Positions 9,169-16,863 of a stretch of 64,000 bases of DNA are shown piece by piece (position 1 is the first letter of the stretch; every line of letters starts with the position of its first letter). The position numbers and the translations under genes are program-made. This DNA is from a virus (lineage: Duplodnaviria > Caudoviricetes), in the IMG/VR virus record IMGVR_UViG_2974594805_000001, positions 12,467 to 76,466 of that record. The stretch is one strand, 5' to 3'. A model generated the notes under the pieces. It did not search any database. It saw only the letters and a program-made list of their open reading frames with translations, and was not told where the DNA came from.

Positions 9169-9395
9169 CACCAGTCAGTCCTTTGAAAACCATCACAAAG
9201 ATGGACAGGATTCAGCCTCATGACCTCTATTATGCTGTGGACACGCAAGTTCATCCCTTGCGTTTCCTACATCTGTCTGGCACGAAGCTGACCACAGATA
9301 GAAACTACGCTTGGTATGGCACCAAGCGACAGTTCAGAAATCTCGTGAAGATTCACGAGTGGGATGGATTGGCCCTCATCAATCGACCAAAATAA
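9165..9395 (+). CDS. Hypothetical protein (76 aa)
   Basis: ATGA overlap with the previous stop codon; start moved from the track's 9084. Confidence 0.55.
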   Translation: MTPVSPLKTITKMDRIQPHDLYYAVDTQVHPLRFLHLSGTKLTTDRNYAWYGTKRQFRNLVKIHEWDGLALINRPK

Positions 9396-9407
9396 GAGGA
9401 AACCTCA

Positions 9408-9950
9408 ATGTTCACTCAACAACTGCCGCCTGAGCTTTTCCAGCTTCAGCGGGAATTCATCCGTGTGATGGATGCCAACCGGGACTTCGTTTGGTGGGCT
9501 GACACGCTCATCGTCGAAGAAACCAAAGAACTCCGGGATGAGTTCGAAGCCGATGTCACCGACATGAACAAACTGTTCAAAGAACTGGCAGATCTGCTCT
9601 ACGTCGTGGCTGGCTTCTACAATGTCATGCCCACGTTTGCACCTGAAGTCGTCGATCAAGAGACGAACGAACGGATGCAGCGTATCCTCGACGAAGCTGC
9701 TGTACTGGTCTCTGAGGTCAGTCAGAAGCTCCAGATTCCTCTCCCTGTCATTCTGGCTGCCTTCAAGGTGGTTCACGACTCCAACATGAGCAAGGTGAAC
9801 CCTGAGACCGGAAAGCCTGACCGTCGAGAAGATGGAAAGATCCTGAAAGGTCCGAACTACACTGCTCCGTCCATGGATGCAGTGGTCTCCGAGTGGGACA
9901 AGTACCGGAAGAACAGCAAAGCAAAGGAGACACTCGCAAATGCTGGATAA
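9408..9950 (+). CDS. MazG-like all-alpha NTP pyrophosphohydrolase
   Basis: EETKEL...KELADLLYV...VHDSNMSK...REDGKILKGPNY signature; GAGG RBS. Confidence 0.85.
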   Translation: MFTQQLPPELFQLQREFIRVMDANRDFVWWADTLIVEETKELRDEFEADVTDMNKLFKELADLLYVVAGFYNVMPTFAPEVVDQETNERMQRILDEAAVLVSEVSQKLQIPLPVILAAFKVVHDSNMSKVNPETGKPDRREDGKILKGPNYTAPSMDAVVSEWDKYRKNSKAKETLANAG

Positions 9951-10254
9951 GGTGGATGACACAACCTTCGCTCAGAAGGTTCGCCAAGCTGACGGTTACG
10001 TCATGGTTCTGTTCACTGGCTCGTGGTGCCAGCCCTGTAAGAAGTTCAAACCTGTGTTTGAGCAGTTTCTGGGCAATTTTCCACATATCAAAGGCTATGA
10101 AGCCGATGTGGAATCCACAGACCAGTTTGCCACCGAACTCAACGTGCGATCACTCCCTTCTTTGGTTCTCTTCAGCGACGGCATGGTCGTCGATGTGAAA
10201 TCTGGAACGATGACGAAGGAAGACCTTCGACTCTGGACACAAGAGAACATCTAA
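9940..10254 (+). CDS. Thioredoxin
   Basis: WCQPC active site, later VRSLPSLVLF..G; AAGGAG RBS supports the start at 9940. Confidence 0.92.
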   Translation: MLDKVDDTTFAQKVRQADGYVMVLFTGSWCQPCKKFKPVFEQFLGNFPHIKGYEADVESTDQFATELNVRSLPSLVLFSDGMVVDVKSGTMTKEDLRLWTQENI

Positions 10255-10290
10255 CCTCCCTTGAGTGATGGATCCAATGTCACTCTAACT

Positions 10291-10323
10291 GTCCTCGGTC
10301 CTCGGACCGGGGACTTTTCTTTT
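10291..10323 (+). terminator. Intrinsic terminator / stable hairpin
   Basis: GTCCTCGGTC-CTCG-GACCGGGGAC followed by TTTTCTTTT. Confidence 0.7.
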
Positions 10324-10338
10324 GAAAGGACCAAAACC

Positions 10339-12927
10339 ATGGAAGTCATGAACAGCACCGAATTCGAGCAGAAGGATGTGCTTGTAGGTGGTTCCGGAAA
10401 AACCGGTAAATTCACCGTCACTGATGACCCGCATTTGATGTCGATGCTTTCGACTTCATTGTATGCAAACCCTCTCCGCACAATGATTCAGGAGATCATG
10501 TTCAACGCTTGGGACGCCCACCGTATGGGGAAGTGCCAAGACAAACCAATTGACGTGTATCTCAACGAGACAACCGGTCTGATCGTCCGTGATTACGGTC
10601 CCGGTATCAATCCAGCAGAGATCGACACGATCTACTGCTCCTATGGCAACTCCACAAAGCGTCAGGACGACACACAGACCGGTGGTTTCGGTCTGGGTTC
10701 CAAGAGTCCCTACGCTTACAACGACAGCTTCATGGTGACAAACCACCACGGTGGAAAGAAATCCATGTATATCATGCGTCGTGTTCATGACGAGAATGAT
10801 GGTGGCCCCGGCTACGATCTGGTTGTGGAGAATGTTCCGACTGAAGAGACTGGCCTCATGGTCACTGTCCCCTTCAAGTCGAACTACGACCGTCAGAAAG
10901 CCTACAAGTACATGAAAGAGATCCTGTTCCTGTCAGGAATCAAGGTGAACATTCATTACGAAGGCTCTGACGAAGAAGACGAACTCGTCGAAGCAGAAAG
11001 CCTCGCACCGGGTGAATTCATCAATGCTGATGAAGAGCCTTGTGGGCTGTATGCGGTTTATGGTGGAGTCAAATATGAGATCCCTACTCGTGATGAGTAT
11101 TTCGAAAACTATGAGTTCCTGAAGAAGCTCAGTCACCAGCTTGGTGCTTTGTATATTGGTTTCAAACCAAACAGCCTGACACCTTTGCCGAACCGTGAAG
11201 GTCTCAACATGCGTGAACGCTCTATCGAGAGCATCACTGAGATCTTGGAGACGATTCAGGAGCACTTCTACAGCCACCTGATCCCTGCAACCAAGGCAAC
11301 CATGATGGAGACCCTTCAGGCTGCCAAGACCACTTCTCTCCAGCCCCAGTTTATTGCCTACAAGTGGCAACGGGTCGGAGATGCTCTGTCCATGAGTGAG
11401 ATGGTTCCCCCAGCATGTCCTATCCACGATCTGCTGGAGAATCGTCGTCCTGAAGCCTTCAGTCCTTCCATGTGGATGAGTATCACCAAGCTCTGCTTGA
11501 AGAACTCCCGGTTTGTGGCAGAACTGATCAGTTTCGAGAAGTTCTGGAGCCTGAAAGGGCTTCTCTGGGCCAAAGAGTTCCCTGAGTATCGCCACTGGCG
11601 TTACAACATCATAGACGCTTCCAAGAAGCCGGAAACCATCAACATGGAAGACCGGAGAGACTGGGCCAAGTGGATCATTGGTGTTCAGAAGAAAATCGAA
11701 GCAATCACAGACGGTGATAACAAACCTCGTGTGAAAGGTGACAGTCACAAACTGAACTGGATGATCCTTACCAATCAGCGTCGTGCTGGGAAGTTCGATC
11801 ACTTGTCTGGTCGTAAGAAAGACATCGTGAATGCTCTGGCTCGAACCAAGAAGCTCAAGATCCCGGAGAAATTCTACGATGATCAGCTTTGGTTCCAAAA
11901 AGACGGGAATCCTTTCAACCACACCATGAAGCATGGTGCTGTTATTATTGCCAAAACTGCTCAGGCTCTGAATGACACCAGCTTCAGATTCCAGTCTCTG
12001 ATGGTTCCCAGCAATCCTGACACCTACGGATATAGCTCCATGCACTGGAGTCAGTGGGTACACAATTCCAACATCCAGCCTATCGCTGGCTTCATCGTCC
12101 ACAAGAAAAAAGGACACTATGATGCAGTCAAAGAGATGCTGGAGATGGAAGGCTATCAGGTCATCGAAGCTGATGAACCAGAAGTCAAAGTCCGTGTTGT
12201 GAAACAAGCAGATGGTGAAGAGGTTGAAGTCGAAGAGAAGCCCAAAGGCTTTCCCGTCGTCGATGTGCGTCGATCTCGTTGGAGTACGGACGAATACGTC
12301 CAGAAACCAAGCACATACCTCTACTGCACCGTCAGCAAGCTGGAAGGCTACGACAGGCCCTACAGCGAGTCTTTCGTCTCTCAGGTGATGAAATATGCAC
12401 CGAAGATGGTGATGGTTCACAACAAGGTTCAGGCTGCCAAACTGAGCAAAAATGGCTGCCTGTCATTTGAAGAACGTGTGGAACAGATCGTCGAAGATCT
12501 GCTGGCAGACAAAGAACGTATCCGGATCATGCGTCTGCATCAGTTCATGCACAAGAATTCGAGTCTTCCCAAAGAGTTACTCGACAATTCTGAAGTGCAA
12601 AAGATCTTCGGAGTCCCATATCTCCGGACTGCTCAGAAAGAGAAGTTCAACCGAGATCGGGAGTTCTTGAATGTCTTCATTCGAAATCGTCGTCATCATC
12701 GGTACTACGATACCGATTCACTGGGTATCACACCCAAGCTGAAAGACATGGTGACACGAGCATTCGAAGTTGCAGACGAGGATGACTCTGTTGTTTTGGC
12801 TCGCAAGATCGCCAAGGTGTCCAACTGCTTCGACGAAAACGTGTTGCAGTCCATGGTTCACCAGATGAAACCGGGCGAACGCAAAATGTTCGCTCAAAAG
12901 ATCATCAGATTCTTGCGGACTGTTTGA
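10339..12927 (+). CDS. rIIA: rIIA-like protein with N-terminal GHKL ATPase domain
   Basis: NAWDAH, VRDYGPGI and TGGFGLGSKSP GHKL motifs; followed by rIIB; start moved to ATG 10339 (AAAGGA RBS, downstream of the hairpin). Confidence 0.85.
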   Translation: MEVMNSTEFEQKDVLVGGSGKTGKFTVTDDPHLMSMLSTSLYANPLRTMIQEIMFNAWDAHRMGKCQDKPIDVYLNETTGLIVRDYGPGINPAEIDTIYCSYGNSTKRQDDTQTGGFGLGSKSPYAYNDSFMVTNHHGGKKSMYIMRRVHDENDGGPGYDLVVENVPTEETGLMVTVPFKSNYDRQKAYKYMKEILFLSGIKVNIHYEGSDEEDELVEAESLAPGEFINADEEPCGLYAVYGGVKYEIPTRDEYFENYEFLKKLSHQLGALYIGFKPNSLTPLPNREGLNMRERSIESITEILETIQEHFYSHLIPATKATMMETLQAAKTTSLQPQFIAYKWQRVGDALSMSEMVPPACPIHDLLENRRPEAFSPSMWMSITKLCLKNSRFVAELISFEKFWSLKGLLWAKEFPEYRHWRYNIIDASKKPETINMEDRRDWAKWIIGVQKKIEAITDGDNKPRVKGDSHKLNWMILTNQRRAGKFDHLSGRKKDIVNALARTKKLKIPEKFYDDQLWFQKDGNPFNHTMKHGAVIIAKTAQALNDTSFRFQSLMVPSNPDTYGYSSMHWSQWVHNSNIQPIAGFIVHKKKGHYDAVKEMLEMEGYQVIEADEPEVKVRVVKQADGEEVEVEEKPKGFPVVDVRRSRWSTDEYVQKPSTYLYCTVSKLEGYDRPYSESFVSQVMKYAPKMVMVHNKVQAAKLSKNGCLSFEERVEQIVEDLLADKERIRIMRLHQFMHKNSSLPKELLDNSEVQKIFGVPYLRTAQKEKFNRDREFLNVFIRNRRHHRYYDTDSLGITPKLKDMVTRAFEVADEDDSVVLARKIAKVSNCFDENVLQSMVHQMKPGERKMFAQKIIRFLRTV

Positions 12928-12946
12928 TCAAACCAAGGAGACAGAC

Positions 12947-14371
12947 ATGTCTGATATGAAACAGATTGTGTCGATGCTGGCTGCTGAAGAGAAAATCACT
13001 CTCTTCACTGTCATGGGAGAGGTTCTCGAACTTCCTTCTGATGGGCCTCATGACACATCGAAAATCGCAGAGTATCTTACTCTGAAGCTCACTGGCGGTA
13101 ACGTCGTTGAGCTTGACCTGAACGACTATCTCACGATCCACCGGGCAATCGTCCCAGAGGGTTACGAGAACACCGGTATCGTCGTGACTCACATCATCGA
13201 CGGTGTGGAAGTTCAGGGCATCTTCTACCCTTCGAGCGTGGCTGTAGCCGTGCAGCATGAGGGTGAAGAGGTTGTGATCCCCAAGGTGGAGAAACTGGAG
13301 AAGCACGCCAATCGTGCCAATGCAGAAAAATCACCGGCTGTACGGAACTTCCTCCGTCGGATCGCACCTGTTGCCAAGGATCGCCTTCACTCGGCAGAAG
13401 ACCTTATGGACTTCATCGAGCGTTCTGAATTGCCTCTGACCAACGACGGCATGATCATCGGATACAAGAAGGTGAACATGACTTCTGATGGCTACTTTGT
13501 CGATGTCCACTCGGGCAAGATCAAGCAGCGTGTCGGTAGTCGTGTCTGGATGGACGTTGATGCGGTTGATCCCAGCCGTAATGCATCGTGCTCGCACGGT
13601 CTTCACGTCGCCAACCTTGGCTATCTGAGTGGCTTCAGTGGAAACCATACATTGATCGTCCTTGTGGACCCTGCAAACTTCATCGCTGTTCCGCACAACG
13701 AGACCAACAAGTGTCGAGTGTGTGAATATGACATCATTGGTGTCATGACAGCACGGGGCCATGAGATGGTTGATTCCGGCAGCTTCGTCAAAGAAGATCA
13801 GACGTTCAAGTCTGTCATTGCGGATGCTGTTGCAGGTCGGTCGATCAAGCCTTTCGAGGCTATCAAGGTCGGTAAGAAAGAGATCCTCGAAGTGGTGGAA
13901 TTGGTCGAAAATGACCTTCAGCCCCACATCGCTCTCGAACCCACTGGTGTCGAAACCAAGGAATCTTCTGGGGAGTCGCTCATGAGCGATAAGGCTCCTG
14001 AGAAGAAAGAGAAGAAGGACATCGTAAAGATGGCACGAAAAGCGACTGGTTCCAATCCATGGGACAATGCACCTTCCGAGGTGATCAACGCATTCACTGC
14101 ATTGCGTGTTGGTTCGACAAAGACCGACGCTGCCAAGGCCGGAGATACGTCCACACGGACGCTGGCACGGTGGATGGACAAGTACGACTACGACGGCTGG
14201 GCCAAAGCTGCTGAAGGCAGCATGACCCGTGCTGAGCGTGCTCGCATGTACTTCAACAATGCAGCATGGGAAACGCTTGCGTCGTTCAAACGTCAGGCCA
14301 AAAAAGGCTGGGCGGCTCTGGGCTTCAACAAGCGTGAGATCTCTCAAATCGAGAAGAACCTCACCGCGTAA
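12947..14371 (+). CDS. rIIB: rIIB-like protein
   Basis: LPLTNDG.IIGYKKV, CSHGLHV and KCRVCEY motifs; C-terminal HTH-like region. Confidence 0.85.
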   Translation: MSDMKQIVSMLAAEEKITLFTVMGEVLELPSDGPHDTSKIAEYLTLKLTGGNVVELDLNDYLTIHRAIVPEGYENTGIVVTHIIDGVEVQGIFYPSSVAVAVQHEGEEVVIPKVEKLEKHANRANAEKSPAVRNFLRRIAPVAKDRLHSAEDLMDFIERSELPLTNDGMIIGYKKVNMTSDGYFVDVHSGKIKQRVGSRVWMDVDAVDPSRNASCSHGLHVANLGYLSGFSGNHTLIVLVDPANFIAVPHNETNKCRVCEYDIIGVMTARGHEMVDSGSFVKEDQTFKSVIADAVAGRSIKPFEAIKVGKKEILEVVELVENDLQPHIALEPTGVETKESSGESLMSDKAPEKKEKKDIVKMARKATGSNPWDNAPSEVINAFTALRVGSTKTDAAKAGDTSTRTLARWMDKYDYDGWAKAAEGSMTRAERARMYFNNAAWETLASFKRQAKKGWAALGFNKREISQIEKNLTA

Positions 14372-14379
14372 CCCATTGG

Positions 14380-14410
14380 GTGGACGGGGTAAATACCCCG
14401 TTCACCTTTT
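14380..14410 (+). terminator. Intrinsic terminator after rIIB
   Basis: GTGGACGGGGT-AAAT-ACCCCGTTCAC followed by CTTTT. Confidence 0.7.
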
Positions 14411-14446
14411 GTTCTTAACACACGACTTTCCGCTGGGATTTGAAAA

Positions 14447-14776
14447 ATGAAACTCTCCACAGTAACCGACCGCCGTCAGCAGATTTTCGACCGCATTATG
14501 AAAAAAGTCAAAATCGACAAGGACTCCGGGTGCTGGAATTGGACAGGTGGAACCAGTGGTGAAGGACGTGGTGGTGGCTATGGCCGTATGAGTCTGGATG
14601 GACAGACTGTTGCGACTCATATCGTCATGTTCACTAACTTCTATGGCTACGTGCCATCGAAAAAACAGATTGACCACAAATGCAGAAACCGTTTGTGTTG
14701 TAATCCTGATCATCTGGAGATGGTCACACACAAACAGAACCAAAGGAGACGTGCTCGTGGCGACATACTCGTTTGA
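14447..14776 (+). CDS. HNH endonuclease
   Basis: CWNWTG...YGRM...IDHKCRNRLCCNPDHL. Confidence 0.9.
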   Translation: MKLSTVTDRRQQIFDRIMKKVKIDKDSGCWNWTGGTSGEGRGGGYGRMSLDGQTVATHIVMFTNFYGYVPSKKQIDHKCRNRLCCNPDHLEMVTHKQNQRRRARGDILV

Positions 14777-15257
14777 CCATATCGAACTAGACGAGGGTGA
14801 TCAGGGGCTTGTCTTCATTCCCGGTGTCGGGTTTCGACCCAAGGATGTGACCGAAGAATTGTGCGGTCAGATCGTAGGTGAAAACCATTGCGAATCAGAT
14901 AGTTGCGCAGGAAAATATGATCTACCTCTCATACCAGAGGTTTATGATCCACCTGTCATATACGCTGGACCGTATATTCCGCAAATATACTCTACACCGT
15001 ATCAAACACCCGTCCCGGTTGTGTTCCCAATTTGGGAACTTCCAGTATGGGACTGGCCTGATTGGGATCCAAAAGATCCCACCCCGATCTGCTGGGACTG
15101 CCAACCACCAACGACAACTTGTATCGGATGTGATACACCCCCACCCACAACTGATGACATCCCACCAGTAGACCTTGGTTCTTCTATGGTTTTCTTGCTG
15201 ACTGGGATCATCCTTTATGCAGGAGTATCGAGATGGATGAAGCCACGGGGTTATTGA
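14757..15257 (+). CDS. Pro-rich protein with C-terminal TM anchor, VPLPA/PEP-CTERM-like
   Basis: AGGAG 8 nt before GTG 14757; ends IPPVDLGSSMVFLLTGIILYAGVSRWMK; start uncertain. Confidence 0.55.
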   Translation: MATYSFDHIELDEGDQGLVFIPGVGFRPKDVTEELCGQIVGENHCESDSCAGKYDLPLIPEVYDPPVIYAGPYIPQIYSTPYQTPVPVVFPIWELPVWDWPDWDPKDPTPICWDCQPPTTTCIGCDTPPPTTDDIPPVDLGSSMVFLLTGIILYAGVSRWMKPRGY

Positions 15258-15397
15258 CCATCATCGCCATCACTTCGACCGTTACCTTCGGTCTGGTGAT
15301 TTGCGGCCTCATTATGCAGGCCATCAACTACGTTCGCATCAGCAAATACGAACGTGAAATCAAAGGACTGATCAATGATCTTCGTCTTCGGAAGTAA
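15254..15397 (+). CDS. Small membrane protein (47 aa)
   Basis: TTG start overlapping the upstream stop; hydrophobic N-terminal half (IIAITSTVTFGLVICGLIM) and basic tail; not in the ORF track. Confidence 0.5.
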   Translation: MTIIAITSTVTFGLVICGLIMQAINYVRISKYEREIKGLINDLRLRK

Positions 15398-15791
15398 CAA
15401 AGCAGGCATCCACGGTGCGGGTGCTGCAAAATATGCACTCGAACATGAGGGTGCAGTGATGGGTATTGGTGAGGGTATCGTTGGCAACAGCTATGCTCTC
15501 CCAACCAAAGGACACAAGATCGAATTCATCCCACTCAGTGAGGTGGAACATTCGGTCACACGGTTCATCGAAGTCGCTGAATACTGGGCATTACGCGGGG
15601 GCGAGTTCAAAGTGACGCAGGTAGGGTGTGGTCTTGGTGGTTTCACCAAAGAACAGATCGCACCGCTGTTCAAACCAGCACCTGACAACTGTTACTTTGA
15701 TGAGGAATGGAGACCGATCCTCGGAGACCGCTTCAAATACTGGGGAACTGTACCCAGTGACCCGCGTCTCAATACGAGATCGGTATTGTGA
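15375..15791 (+). CDS. Macrodomain-like protein (FVFGSN-HGxGAA family)
   Basis: IFVFGSN..GIHGAGAA and VTQVGCGLGG resemble macrodomain loops 1 and 2 (compare DarG/TARG1-type GCGLGG). Confidence 0.6.
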   Translation: MIFVFGSNKAGIHGAGAAKYALEHEGAVMGIGEGIVGNSYALPTKGHKIEFIPLSEVEHSVTRFIEVAEYWALRGGEFKVTQVGCGLGGFTKEQIAPLFKPAPDNCYFDEEWRPILGDRFKYWGTVPSDPRLNTRSVL

Positions 15792-15794
15792 TGC

Positions 15795-16088
15795 ATGGCG
15801 AATTTTACTCGGAAGTTCGAGTCACCATCCGGTGACTACAACAACGGGTACATCTCTAAGGTCTTGGAGCCGCAACACAAAGACCAAGAAGTACACGTCA
15901 CCAGAGGTATCATCCAAGTCGATGTGCTATCTGGAGAAGTGAGTTTAGAGGGGCGTCTTCATCGAGATGCCCCTTGGGTTCCTCTCAAAACATGGACTCA
16001 GCCAGCCATGGAAGAGGTGGTTCTAGCGAATCAGCTTCGAATTGTGGTATCAGAATCAGCACACGCATGGCTAGGAGAAGTCCGATGA
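15795..16088 (+). CDS. Hypothetical small beta-sandwich protein
   Basis: 97-aa ORF with weak similarity to 59569..59895. Confidence 0.6.
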   Translation: MANFTRKFESPSGDYNNGYISKVLEPQHKDQEVHVTRGIIQVDVLSGEVSLEGRLHRDAPWVPLKTWTQPAMEEVVLANQLRIVVSESAHAWLGEVR

Positions 16089-16234
16089 TGAGTAGAATGC
16101 TCTCACCGATGACCGGAAGGATGTTTCATCCTATGGTTGGTTCGCGGTATGAGGGCATTGAGTTCACTCCCGAACTCATCAAACTGCTCGTGCTCGGACG
16201 ACTGAGACGGGCTTATGAAAGGAACGTGCTATGA
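16085..16234 (+). CDS. Hypothetical protein (49 aa)
   Basis: ATGA coupling at both ends, GGAG RBS; MMSRMLSPMTGRMFHP... Confidence 0.45.
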   Translation: MMSRMLSPMTGRMFHPMVGSRYEGIEFTPELIKLLVLGRLRRAYERNVL

Positions 16235-16380
16235 CTTGGCGTGACTTTATTCTGGGTCTTGTCCGGACCCGGATCATCAACAATGTGACTGAGGCTGTCC
16301 TCACTGACATTGACACCAACGGTCTGAGTGCTGCTGATGATGCCATCATTGATGCTTATCTGCTGACCACGAAGCCGTAA
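16231..16380 (+). CDS. Hypothetical protein (49 aa)
   Basis: AAAGGA RBS, ATGA overlap; MTWRDFILGLVRTRIINN...; not in the ORF track. Confidence 0.55.
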   Translation: MTWRDFILGLVRTRIINNVTEAVLTDIDTNGLSAADDAIIDAYLLTTKP

Positions 16381-16428
16381 GGCAACAGTCCCTCGGCCTC
16401 GGTCGGGGGACACAACAAGGAGTTTCAC

Positions 16429-16800
16429 ATGCAAGTGGAAACCAAAGAACAAACCCTGTCTGAACAAGAAACAGGGTGGAGATGGTGGCTCTTCAACAAG
16501 TTCGGGCCTCCAGAACTTCGTAACCTCGTGAACTATATCAAGGACTTGACCGATGATGGTGCAGATCCTTTGATGATGTATCGCGGTGGTACATACCAAT
16601 TCCACACTCGTGTGGCAGAGGGACAACAACCCTCAGAACCCTTCATCTTCCGGACCGAAGAAGAAAGATACTGCTTCGGTGTGGGGTTGAACTATGGTGT
16701 TCAGATTTGTGGCGGTCAGGCTCATGCCATGTCCGAAGAGCAGTTCGAAGAATTCAACGAGATGAAGAAAAAAGCCACTCACGGTGGTGGTAACGCTTGA
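16429..16800 (+). CDS. Hypothetical protein
   Basis: AAGGAG RBS, 123-aa ORF. Confidence 0.7.
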   Translation: MQVETKEQTLSEQETGWRWWLFNKFGPPELRNLVNYIKDLTDDGADPLMMYRGGTYQFHTRVAEGQQPSEPFIFRTEEERYCFGVGLNYGVQICGGQAHAMSEEQFEEFNEMKKKATHGGGNA

Positions 16801-16863
16801 TCCAGCTACAAGATCTTGGTACTCACCAAAATTCTGACAATCATCAAAACCAAGAGGCTTGCT

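Noticed and set aside
10261-10338. TTG-initiated N-terminal extension of rIIA
   Set aside because: It runs through a terminator-like hairpin; the RBS sits before ATG 10339
10933-12420. 495-aa antisense ORF inside rIIA, and similar long antisense ORFs at 30839-32425, 36404-38287, 48922-50286 and 60129-61445
   Set aside because: They are shadows of strongly biased sense-strand codon usage, with no motifs or RBS
14447-14776. HNH gene as a novel mobile element
   Set aside because: A free-standing HNH after rIIB is common in N4-like phages; no intron or insertion boundaries were seen
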